This document shows, in pieces, positions 39,446 to 47,967 of a stretch of 64,000 bases of DNA. The notes under the pieces were generated by a model. It did no database searches and had not been told where the DNA came from. It worked only from the letters and a program-made list of their open reading frames with translations. The position numbers and the translations under genes were made by a program. The stretch comes from Winogradskyella sp. (GTDB taxonomy: Bacteria; Fidelibacterota; Marinisomatia; Marinisomatales; AB-629-J13), in assembly GCA_964230865.1 (NCBI GenBank), contig CAXRJK010000024.1, positions 3,246 to 67,245 on the forward strand. Direction: 5' to 3'. Position 1 is the stretch's first letter, and every line of letters starts with the position of its first letter.

Positions 39446-40408
39446 CTAGTTTTTCAAACTAACCAGCTTTGATTTGAATTCTCTGAGTTCCCGCACATTA
39501 CCTATCTCAATCTCACCGGAGTCCCACTTTAGGTGAAAATCTTTCTCTGAGTCAGAGCCACCTTGTTTCAGATAAAGTGGATAGAGGTCTACATCTTCCC
39601 GCGGTTTATTTTGGTGCAGAGTAGCAGTAAGCTGATAGGCAAGATCTTCGGAAATATCATCGATGATTCGGTCTGGAAGAGATCGCTCTAAGAGGCTCTG
39701 TTCAATGCGGGAGAAACGCATACCTTTTACCACATAGTCCTGGTACGCTTCCCAGGCAAATGGAGCTACATCTTTGACTGATTGTGCCATGGCATCTGAA
39801 AATACCCTAATCTCATATTGAGCGTGGCTATCAGAGCGGAGACCTATAAAGTGTAGTAAATTGTGGAGATCATTTTTCCAATACCACTCGGTGTATAGAT
39901 TAACAGGCAGAATCGCGCGGGCAAGCTCACGGGCGACACCGGCATCGTTCAGCTCAGAATACATGGCAAAGCTCTTTTCAGAGATCTCTTTAAAATAATC
40001 TTGCACCTTTTGCTTCAGCTCTTCCGGTATTTTCCCCATACGGCCCTGCTTGTTTAGTGCAGACTGGAACTGGATATGCTCTGGATCTGGATAGTAAAAC
40101 TCATCTCGTGCTTCAGAATAACGGAGCGAATATTCATTAATGTTAGCGGTCCGGTGGCGAACCCACTGACGAGCCACAAAAATGGGCATTTTGCAATGAA
40201 ACTTAAATTCGACCATTTCAAAGGGTGTGCTATGTCGGTGGCGCATAAGATAGCGAATGAGCCCTCGGTCCTGTGAGACCTTACTTGTCCCTTTTCCATA
40301 GCTTACCCGGGCGGCCTGAACAATGGCATTATCTCCACCCATGGAGTCCACGAGCCTGACAAAACCCTTATCTAAACATTTTATCGCACCATCTGGTATC
40401 TGTATCAT
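39446..40408 (-). CDS. thyX: FAD-dependent thymidylate synthase with a C-terminal extension
   Basis: ThyX motif RHRTANINEYSLRYS, plus RHRHSTPFE. 320 aa. Confidence 0.9.
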   Translation of the reverse strand: MIQIPDGAIKCLDKGFVRLVDSMGGDNAIVQAARVSYGKGTSKVSQDRGLIRYLMRHRHSTPFEMVEFKFHCKMPIFVARQWVRHRTANINEYSLRYSEARDEFYYPDPEHIQFQSALNKQGRMGKIPEELKQKVQDYFKEISEKSFAMYSELNDAGVARELARAILPVNLYTEWYWKNDLHNLLHFIGLRSDSHAQYEIRVFSDAMAQSVKDVAPFAWEAYQDYVVKGMRFSRIEQSLLERSLPDRIIDDISEDLAYQLTATLHQNKPREDVDLYPLYLKQGGSDSEKDFHLKWDSGEIEIGNVRELREFKSKLVSLKN

Positions 40409-40417
40409 TTCTATTCT

Positions 40418-41056
40418 CTAGCTCACTTTTCGATAGATCATTACCCCATCTCTAACAGGTAAAAGCAGGGGCTCTAATCTATGATTATTTTTTATCATCT
40501 CGGCAGTATCTTTCAGAGCTCTAGCATCATCATCTCTAGGGTTTAATACTGACCCACTCCAAAGCATATTATCAAAAACAGCTATCCCTCCGGGTTTGAG
40601 TAGGGCATTTCCTCGTTTGTAATAATCAGGATAAGCAGTTTTATCCGCATCTATGAACATCATGTCAAAGCTATCTACAGTGAAACTGTTCAGAGACTCC
40701 AGTGCCGGCCCTTGGTGAACATGGATTTTATGGTTGACCTTAGATTTTTTAAACCAGCTGGTTGCTGTTTTTATATGTTTATTCCTTAGTTCACAAGAGT
40801 GGATTTCACCATCATCAGGTAGAGCTTCTGCCATTTTTAAGGTGGAGTATCCGGTGAACATTCCAATTTCTAAGATTTTCTTCGCACCGGATATCTTTAC
40901 CAAAAATTGGAGTAATCCTCCCACCAATGAACCACAAAGCATTTGAGGAGTATCTTCAGTGGCCCATGTTTTTTTTGATAGTTCCTTAAGTAGTTCTGTA
41001 TCATCAAGTGAAAAGGATTTACAGTATTTTTCGATGTCATTTGATATTAATTTCAT
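40418..41056 (-). CDS. class I SAM-dependent O-methyltransferase (caffeoyl-CoA OMT / YrrM-like)
   Basis: ILEIGMFTGYSTL SAM motif, FDMMFIDADK, VFDNMLWSG. 212 aa. Confidence 0.75.
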   Translation of the reverse strand: MKLISNDIEKYCKSFSLDDTELLKELSKKTWATEDTPQMLCGSLVGGLLQFLVKISGAKKILEIGMFTGYSTLKMAEALPDDGEIHSCELRNKHIKTATSWFKKSKVNHKIHVHQGPALESLNSFTVDSFDMMFIDADKTAYPDYYKRGNALLKPGGIAVFDNMLWSGSVLNPRDDDARALKDTAEMIKNNHRLEPLLLPVRDGVMIYRKVS

Positions 41057-41103
41057 AATTATTTAAATGTTGATATTTTTTATTTATCTAATAATATAGC
41101 TAC

Positions 41104-41919
41104 TCATCGCTTCCTTAAAACTTCTAAAGTTTTGTCCACCGCATCTATATCCCCGGCAATAAGTCCTGGCTCTAGGAGTGTATTTAAACTATTATATTTT
41201 CGGGGTTTTCCATAGAGATCAATGAGTTTTCCTCCAGCCTCATTGATAATACAATTTCCAGCACAGATATCCCATTCATTTTTTGGTCGGAGTGACGCAA
41301 AAATATCCGCCTGACCAGCCGCAGTGAGACCCAATTTATAGGCCACAGAACCTATAGCTTTTAGTTCACCGAACATTCCGTCATATGGTGACCAAAGTCC
41401 GCGGCGTGTTTCAGAGCGACTGTTTAATATAACCATATCAGCTAAGTCATTTTTTGTGGCGCACCGGATTGACTCGCCATTAAGAAACGCGCCCTCACCT
41501 TTTGCAGCAGTAAAAGTTTCTTTTGTCACCGGATTAAACAATACTCCTACAATTGGCACACCATTTTCCACACAAGCAACGCTAACAACAAAATGGGGGA
41601 CACCTTCCACAAACTCCTTGGTCCCATCTAGTGGATCCACCACCCACACTCTGTCTTTTTTTAGTCGTTCAGGAGAGTCCACTGTTTCTTCAGAGAGCCA
41701 CCCGTATTCTGGGCAAGCATTAATGAGAACTTCTTTCAAATGGGTATCCGCTTCAAGGTCGGCAGTGGTAACGGGGTTATGATATCCTTTCTCTTTTATC
41801 TCATAATCTGCTTTATAATAATTTAAAATCAGTGATCCCGCGTCAATAGCAGCTTCTTTGGCGAGTTTTAAAATAAAATTCATAGGGTGGAAGTTAGAAA
41901 ATATCATGTTAATGCTCAT
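41104..41919 (-). CDS. inositol monophosphatase / CysQ-family phosphatase
   Basis: WVVDPLDGTKEF and WDICAG motifs. The true start may be the internal MNFILK (41883). Confidence 0.8.
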   Translation of the reverse strand: MSINMIFSNFHPMNFILKLAKEAAIDAGSLILNYYKADYEIKEKGYHNPVTTADLEADTHLKEVLINACPEYGWLSEETVDSPERLKKDRVWVVDPLDGTKEFVEGVPHFVVSVACVENGVPIVGVLFNPVTKETFTAAKGEGAFLNGESIRCATKNDLADMVILNSRSETRRGLWSPYDGMFGELKAIGSVAYKLGLTAAGQADIFASLRPKNEWDICAGNCIINEAGGKLIDLYGKPRKYNSLNTLLEPGLIAGDIDAVDKTLEVLRKR

Positions 41920-42127
41920 TGATAATTCCTTTTAATAGATATTTTATAATCATTCTTGAAGTGTTAATAATCTCCTGATACGCATCTGTGGATTTTCCTT
42001 AAATAACAGAGATTTTAAAACCTTCCATGTTATTTATTTTTTGCGGTGAAAAAAAATCATTGAACATTTTATTGCTCATGGGACTTTCGTCTATTATATT
42101 TACGCCCGATTTTTAAAGGAAAATTAA

Positions 42128-42514
42128 ATGTTAGAAGGTATAATCTGCCCTGTTTGCGAATCCACTTTAGATGATACTAAACTGAAAGAGTCACTTGTTT
42201 GTGTATTTTGCCGGACCGATTTGAAAGATCGGAAATTTCTTGATTTCCTAGAATATTTAATGACAAATGGAATTGTCAAAAATCTAGACTTTTTTGATAT
42301 AGAGGTTTACAGCGAAGATATCGAGCGATTGAGTCCTGAAGATGAGGAAGAAGTTGATCCTGCTGAATTTGAAAAAAAGAAAGATAATTTTAATTTTTAT
42401 GAAAATGAAGTTGTTCATAATAATAAGAAGGATGACGAACCAGATTATGAGGAGTTTGATGGGTTAAACGAGGATTGGGAAGAGTTTAACCAAAGAGAAT
42501 TTGAAGGATTTTAA
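42128..42514 (+). CDS. zinc-ribbon protein with a long acidic tail, unknown function
   Basis: CPVC...CVFC in the first 30 aa, then a Glu/Asp-rich C-terminal half. Confidence 0.45.
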   Translation: MLEGIICPVCESTLDDTKLKESLVCVFCRTDLKDRKFLDFLEYLMTNGIVKNLDFFDIEVYSEDIERLSPEDEEEVDPAEFEKKKDNFNFYENEVVHNNKKDDEPDYEEFDGLNEDWEEFNQREFEGF

Positions 42515-42526
42515 AGTGAGATTATA

Positions 42527-42850
42527 ATGAGTGATAAGAAAACAAAAACACAACAGATCAATATTGAGCTTGATGAGAAAGTCAGCAGCGGGGAGTATTC
42601 AAACTTTGTCGTAGTGACCCACTCTCCAGCTGAGTTTGTAATGGATTTTACACGGTTACTGCCAGGTGTTCCGAAGGCAAAAGTTCATTCTAGGATTGTC
42701 ATGGCACCTCCCCATGCGAAGGCGTTTATGATGGCACTAAAAGATAATTTGGTTAAATTTGAGGGAAAGCACGGTGAGATAAAATCACCGGGACAGGACT
42801 CATTCACCAGCTACGGCGTAAAACCTCCAAAGGATACCCTGCCAAACTAA
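42527..42850 (+). CDS. DUF3467-family protein
   Basis: GEYSNFVVVTHSPAEFVMDF and RIVMAPPHAKAFMMAL resemble the DUF3467 core (from memory). 107 aa. Confidence 0.55.
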   Translation: MSDKKTKTQQINIELDEKVSSGEYSNFVVVTHSPAEFVMDFTRLLPGVPKAKVHSRIVMAPPHAKAFMMALKDNLVKFEGKHGEIKSPGQDSFTSYGVKPPKDTLPN

Positions 42851-43437
42851 TTCTGTTTTCCGGAATCGTACATTACCCAGGTACGGTTTCTCTTTAATTC
42901 CCGCATTTTTATAATTACCCATCCGCTTAAAATTATCCAAGCGATTCCATATCCATATAGCGCTCCGCCGATTATATCAGCGGGGTAGTGAACTCCCACG
43001 TAGACTCGGCTAAGGGCAACAAGGGAAGCAAATAGAAAGATCCACTTAAGTTTTCTTCCATAAAAATAGTGGATAACAACCGCCAATGCAAAAGTATTGG
43101 CTGAGTGGTTTGATATAAATGAATATAAACCACCCGGTCTAACCAGAAGGTTGATGGATTCGCTCATTGCGTGAGAGGGCCTGATTCTGCCGACCCAGGG
43201 TTTTATGATTTGGGCAGCTGTTACATCCACTATCAAGATTGTGATAAGCAAAATTCCAGCAGCTATTTTTCCTCTATTACCATCAAATGAAAACATCCAA
43301 ATAAGTAGGATAAATATAGGAACAATCCAATTATTTTGATTGGTAACAAACACCATAAGGACATCCAATATTGGATGGGAAATATCGGTGTTAATTATAT
43401 GAAATATAGTGTGGTCAATTTTTCGAATGAGTTCCAA
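42847..43437 (-). CDS. PAP2 family lipid phosphatase
   Basis: All three PAP2 motifs are present: KPWVGRIRP, SNHS, SRVYVGVHYPADIIGG. Confidence 0.8.
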   Translation of the reverse strand: MELIRKIDHTIFHIINTDISHPILDVLMVFVTNQNNWIVPIFILLIWMFSFDGNRGKIAAGILLITILIVDVTAAQIIKPWVGRIRPSHAMSESINLLVRPGGLYSFISNHSANTFALAVVIHYFYGRKLKWIFLFASLVALSRVYVGVHYPADIIGGALYGYGIAWIILSGWVIIKMRELKRNRTWVMYDSGKQN

Positions 43438-43539
43438 AAACCATAGCCCTGTTATATGAAAATAATTTCTCTCTTATTAGGAAAAATCACTTAAAATAAT
43501 ATTGAAAACGTAATTAGTTATTCTTAATAATTATTGTTT

Positions 43540-46500
43540 TTAGAGACTTGCTTGCAGTCTCAATACTATCATTTGACCCATCTCAGGTCCTCCCATGATT
43601 TCGGTATGTCTGTGGTTCAGAACGTTATTGATAGTAAGATTTAATTTTAGTTTGTCGTTGAACTCATAACCTGAGTGGAGATCAAAAATTGTGTAGGCAT
43701 CGATCTGTCCATAGTATATACCTGAGGACCATCGAAATGCATCCACATAGCGGGCGTTAAGGGTGAAATTCATAGGTAATTTTCTAGGTATGTATTGCAA
43801 CTGCATACCCGCTTTGTGCTTGGGAGCATTGATGGGATCATAAGCATTTGTTATGGGATTCAAGAATTCATTCATCCCAAGGTGAGAGTAGGTCAAATTT
43901 AATGACCACTCTCGACTAAGGAATATTGCGAGGCTTGCGTCTAGACCCCACAGGTCAACCTCTCCATAATTAATAAAGCCAACTACTACCGGCGGTGTAC
44001 TCCCACTGCTTTCTTCCATTGCTGTTATTCCATTCAAACCACTTAACCATTTATCAAGTGATATATCCAGGTCTTCTGAGTCTGCAATAATATTGTTGTC
44101 CATATCATTGATATTATTGGTGATACCATTGTTGTTATGATCAATCTCTAATCCTGAGGTAGGATTGTATTTATCTAAAATGATTGGGGTAATAAATGTT
44201 GCACCGCTGACAAAGCTATTATAGTGGCTCGCATAGAGATCGAGGGTGCCAAAAATATTCGGGGTTAACCGGCCCTTGTAGCCAAACTCCAGTGTCTGGA
44301 CTATCTCCGGTGATACTCCGGGGAGGTCGTCAGCGTTTCCTCTGTAGTAGCCTTTGATTTTTGGATCTACTGATGGATAGAAGAGAACGCTTTTTTCTGG
44401 ATCATACCAACTGTAGGTGTATGAGTCCACATTAAAATAACGAATCTGATCATACAGTGGATTTAGTGTATCCGAGAAAGCTTCACCTTCATCCCAAACA
44501 TTGTTAAAATTAGAATCATCCCAATTTTCAGAGACATCAACTCCCTTAGTAAAAACGCCGTCCTGATTTTGATCAACCCAGTTCCACTCACCTTCCTGCC
44601 AAACATCTTGATTCCTTATATAATTATATCCACCATCTGCTCCACGAGCATATACCTTAAAAATAGATACCCTTGTAATGTATATATCTAGAAAGAGTGA
44701 GTTGTTTGAGGGGGTATTAAATGCCTGAGCCCAGGTTAATCTGAAGTTCTGGTGTTCCCTTGGTTTGTACGCCAGCCCGATTTTTGGAGAGACCTGGATA
44801 CCATCCGTTTTATCAAAATCAAATTTCCATTTGAACGGACTATAATTATAATCTTGTTGATTATCAAACTCTACAAAATCTGAGAGCCTATCATGAACAT
44901 CAAAGCGTGTTGCCTGAATCAATTCAAATTTTTTGGAAAGTTTCCAGTTTAGCTGATAATAAAGTCCCAGCTCATTGACCACATATCGATTATCTTCCGC
45001 AGGCTCATCAATCCCTTCATCTATATTCTCATCAATATTTCCATCCCCGTTATTATCAATCCCATCTGCATAAACATAAAAGTTATCCTCACCAGCCCAT
45101 CTGACCCCTGGTTCAGCCTCACCATAGTCACAGACCCCATTGCCATTCTCATCGATATAATCGGGGATTCCGTTGCCGTTTAAATCTGAAAAATCATTAC
45201 TATCACCGTCATTGTCCAGGCCGTCTGCATATGCTCCCTGTACATTATCAGTTAATATATCACTTTTATTTTTTAGATAGTCAACACCGGGGTCATAATA
45301 ATAGTCAATATATCCAAGTGGCTCTACTAGACCCGTTAGAGAGCCCCCCTCTCCGTTTCCATTGTTATCTCTTAGATCGTTTCCAGCTTTATCAGACAAT
45401 ATGGTCCCCCGGGTGTCTGGCATTGTGAGAAAATAGTCTAGCCCCCAAACAAAACGGAAGTTACCATCAAAATACTCTAAAGCATGCTGAAACTGAGCAG
45501 AGAACTTTTTTGATCTATCATATATTCGTCTTCCGGTGGCAAGACTTCGTGTAGGTTTTTTGGGATTACCGGAGTAGCTTGAGTTAAGATATGTTTGAAA
45601 AAAGAAATTCTTAAAACGGAGCCTACCCTGATAGTATTTATATATCCATCCGTCTGCAAGATACCGTGCAATAGGTGTAATGTTTATATTTCTGGCATAG
45701 GCATAGCCGTGGTTTACACTGAGACTGATATCGTTATTTGGTTCCCAGTCAGCACGGATATCATAGCGATAGTTGCGGACGTTAAAATCTGGATAATCAT
45801 TTACTCCATCATCATTGGCGTCCATCAAAACATTTGGTAGGTTCCCGTAATTTAGATTAAAGTCGCCTTCATCTGGCTCATCAACTCCAATCTCTCCTAT
45901 GGATGGTAGACCATTACCATCAATGTCATTTAACTCAAACTGGTCCCAGACTCCGTTTCCATTTATATCATCGAGTGACTCATTGGGGTCCCATATTCCG
46001 TTTCCATTTGAATCGACAAAATACTCTGAGTCAGAATATTCTCCATCACCGTTTAAATCCTCAAAAGGCTCTGCGGGGTCCCACTCCCCGTCCCCATCAT
46101 AATCAGTCCATGGAAATAGAAAATCACCTTCGTCAAAAACCTCATTACCATTGTTATCTGCGAATGACTCTTCACTCTGCCATCCCTCAACCCCGTTTTG
46201 CTCTGTATATGGCTCTGCATCATCCCAGACGCCATTAAAATTTGCATCAGCTAAAAACTCTCCCTCATCCCAGATACCATTAGAGTTCAGATCCTCAAAC
46301 TCTTCTTGAGCGATATCCCAGGGATTCCCTGATTCATCAAAATATGGTGCCCAGTCGCCATCATTATCTAAACCGTCAGCTCCCCAGTTGTCACCGTATA
46401 CTCCATTTTTGTTACTGTCAAACAATATATTTCCATCTTCATCATACTCATATTCACCGAAACCGCCTCCGTCAACGGTCCAATTGTTTGTAAAGTCCCC

Positions 46501-47868
46501 AAACCTGCCTAGCCATTCACTTCCCTGTTCATCGGACTCATCAATTTCTCCATCATTGTCATTGTCTACACCATCGATCCAGACCTCTGCATAGTCATCT
46601 ATACCCTCATCAATTCCATTGTCAATTTGCCCATCTCCGTCATTGTCAATACCGTCAGCGTAGCCTTGCCCCAACATTTCCTGGGTGACAAACCAGAGGG
46701 TGATATTTGTTCCAGGTACAGTGTATCTTTGAAATTGATCAGAGGCTGCCTCGTCAATCATTTCTTGGGTTATTGTGGGTGAGCCAGCTTCTGCGTCATT
46801 ACCGAAGTTACTAATACCATCAGAAAACATAAGTGAGTCTTCGACCCATGAGGGATCTGAATTTTCCCAGACATTTAGCATTTCTTCTGTAAAGATAGGA
46901 TTATTTTGTTCCCAGGCATTATTATTATTATCAATCTTATCGTGTCTTAGACTGTGTCTTCCAAGAAACGCCGGGTCATGACCCTCGTACTCATCGGAGT
47001 TGAAGTGTTTCCAGTCGCTTCCTCTTAGAGCTACTCCGGAAATTTTAAATCCAAATTTTCCAAAGCTGTGAGCTGTACGAAATGTAATTTTTTGTAGTGG
47101 GTCTGTGTCTGCCTGTGATATAGCTCCTCCCATTACATTGAGAGAGGTCCCCTGTGATCTGAGTGGAGAGCTAGAAATAATATTTAAAACACCGCTATGA
47201 GCGTTTGGTCCATAAAGGGCAGAGGAGGGCCCTAGAACCACCTCAATTTGCTCAACATCATCAAAGCTCACAGGTATAACATTATACGCTGTCAATCTTA
47301 GAGAGGGGACATTTGCCATTCTTCCATCCGTAAGGGTCATAAGCCTAGAACTGAATGAGGAATTAAATCCTCTTGCTGTGATATTGTAGCTGTCAATACC
47401 TGACTGAGTAAAATCAAGCCCCTTTGTGGTTTTTAAGTAATCACCAAGATTTGTGTTACTCTCTCTTCGAATATCTTGTTTGGTAATAACGGAGATGGCA
47501 GCGGGAGCATCTTCGATCCTTTCTCTTCGCCGCGATGCTGTTACAACATACTCTTCCATTTGAATGGTAGACGTTAGAAGTTCAAAATCAAGTCGGTTAT
47601 TGATTCCTGCTTCAACCACGATAGTTTTTTCCATAGGCTCATATCCCATATAGTGGGTGGCTACAAGATAAGTCCCGGCAGGAACATTGGGTATAAAAAA
47701 AGCTCCCTTTACATCTGTAGCGGCCCCCATCGTTGTCCCTTTTACTATAACGTTAGCACCGATTAAAGGCCTATCGCTATCTGCATCTTTTACGTTGCCT
47801 GAGATAGATGTTTGGGCAAGAATGCTATTTAGAATTATGATATTGAAAATGAATACAAGTTTGGCCAT
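43540..47868 (-). CDS. giant TonB-dependent-receptor-like outer membrane protein (CarboxypepD_reg + plug + barrel) with acidic Ca-loop repeat insertions
   Basis: Signal peptide. GNVKDADSDRPLIGANVIVKGT (CarboxypepD_reg-like). EEYVVTASRR...IEVVLGPSSALYGPNAHSGVLNI (plug). Barrel-like alternating pattern through to the end. GGAG Shine-Dalgarno upstream. 1442 aa. Confidence 0.75.
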   Translation of the reverse strand: MAKLVFIFNIIILNSILAQTSISGNVKDADSDRPLIGANVIVKGTTMGAATDVKGAFFIPNVPAGTYLVATHYMGYEPMEKTIVVEAGINNRLDFELLTSTIQMEEYVVTASRRRERIEDAPAAISVITKQDIRRESNTNLGDYLKTTKGLDFTQSGIDSYNITARGFNSSFSSRLMTLTDGRMANVPSLRLTAYNVIPVSFDDVEQIEVVLGPSSALYGPNAHSGVLNIISSSPLRSQGTSLNVMGGAISQADTDPLQKITFRTAHSFGKFGFKISGVALRGSDWKHFNSDEYEGHDPAFLGRHSLRHDKIDNNNNAWEQNNPIFTEEMLNVWENSDPSWVEDSLMFSDGISNFGNDAEAGSPTITQEMIDEAASDQFQRYTVPGTNITLWFVTQEMLGQGYADGIDNDGDGQIDNGIDEGIDDYAEVWIDGVDNDNDGEIDESDEQGSEWLGRFGDFTNNWTVDGGGFGEYEYDEDGNILFDSNKNGVYGDNWGADGLDNDGDWAPYFDESGNPWDIAQEEFEDLNSNGIWDEGEFLADANFNGVWDDAEPYTEQNGVEGWQSEESFADNNGNEVFDEGDFLFPWTDYDGDGEWDPAEPFEDLNGDGEYSDSEYFVDSNGNGIWDPNESLDDINGNGVWDQFELNDIDGNGLPSIGEIGVDEPDEGDFNLNYGNLPNVLMDANDDGVNDYPDFNVRNYRYDIRADWEPNNDISLSVNHGYAYARNINITPIARYLADGWIYKYYQGRLRFKNFFFQTYLNSSYSGNPKKPTRSLATGRRIYDRSKKFSAQFQHALEYFDGNFRFVWGLDYFLTMPDTRGTILSDKAGNDLRDNNGNGEGGSLTGLVEPLGYIDYYYDPGVDYLKNKSDILTDNVQGAYADGLDNDGDSNDFSDLNGNGIPDYIDENGNGVCDYGEAEPGVRWAGEDNFYVYADGIDNNGDGNIDENIDEGIDEPAEDNRYVVNELGLYYQLNWKLSKKFELIQATRFDVHDRLSDFVEFDNQQDYNYSPFKWKFDFDKTDGIQVSPKIGLAYKPREHQNFRLTWAQAFNTPSNNSLFLDIYITRVSIFKVYARGADGGYNYIRNQDVWQEGEWNWVDQNQDGVFTKGVDVSENWDDSNFNNVWDEGEAFSDTLNPLYDQIRYFNVDSYTYSWYDPEKSVLFYPSVDPKIKGYYRGNADDLPGVSPEIVQTLEFGYKGRLTPNIFGTLDLYASHYNSFVSGATFITPIILDKYNPTSGLEIDHNNNGITNNINDMDNNIIADSEDLDISLDKWLSGLNGITAMEESSGSTPPVVVGFINYGEVDLWGLDASLAIFLSREWSLNLTYSHLGMNEFLNPITNAYDPINAPKHKAGMQLQYIPRKLPMNFTLNARYVDAFRWSSGIYYGQIDAYTIFDLHSGYEFNDKLKLNLTINNVLNHRHTEIMGGPEMGQMIVLRLQASL
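44995..45234 (-). repeat. second coding array of acidic Ca-loop motifs inside the receptor gene (aa ~879-958)
   Basis: YADGLDNDGDS, DLNGNGIPDYID, DENGNGVCDYGE, YADGIDNNGDGNIDENIDEGIDE. Confidence 0.8.
45784..46662 (-). repeat. first and largest coding array of acidic Ca-loop motifs inside the receptor gene (aa ~403-695)
   Basis: YADGIDNDGDGQIDNGIDEGIDD, DGVDNDNDGEID, DGLDNDGDW, then eight 12-residue D-x-N-x-N-G-x-W-D-x-x-E type loops. Confidence 0.85.
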
Positions 47869-47900
47869 TCAATTTTTCTCCATAATGTGGTTTGAGATTA

Positions 47901-47933
47901 TAAAAAGAAACAGCCAGCAAAAGCTGACTGTTT
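47901..47933 (-). terminator. rho-independent terminator/attenuator between the T9SS cargo gene and the receptor gene
   Basis: Minus-strand RNA AAACAGUCAGC-UUUU-GCUGGCUGUUU (11-bp stem with one G-U) followed by CUUUUUA. It starts 34 nt after the cargo stop and ends 32 nt before the receptor ATG. Confidence 0.7.
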
Positions 47934-47967
47934 CAGATAATTCAAGGGTTGAATGTTAAGTACAGAC

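Noticed and set aside
45231-46981. A series of 64-111-aa ORFs on both strands within the receptor repeat region.
   Set aside because: They arise because Asp/Asn/Gly-codon repeats are stop-poor in several frames. The receptor frame is continuous for 1442 codons and explains the region.
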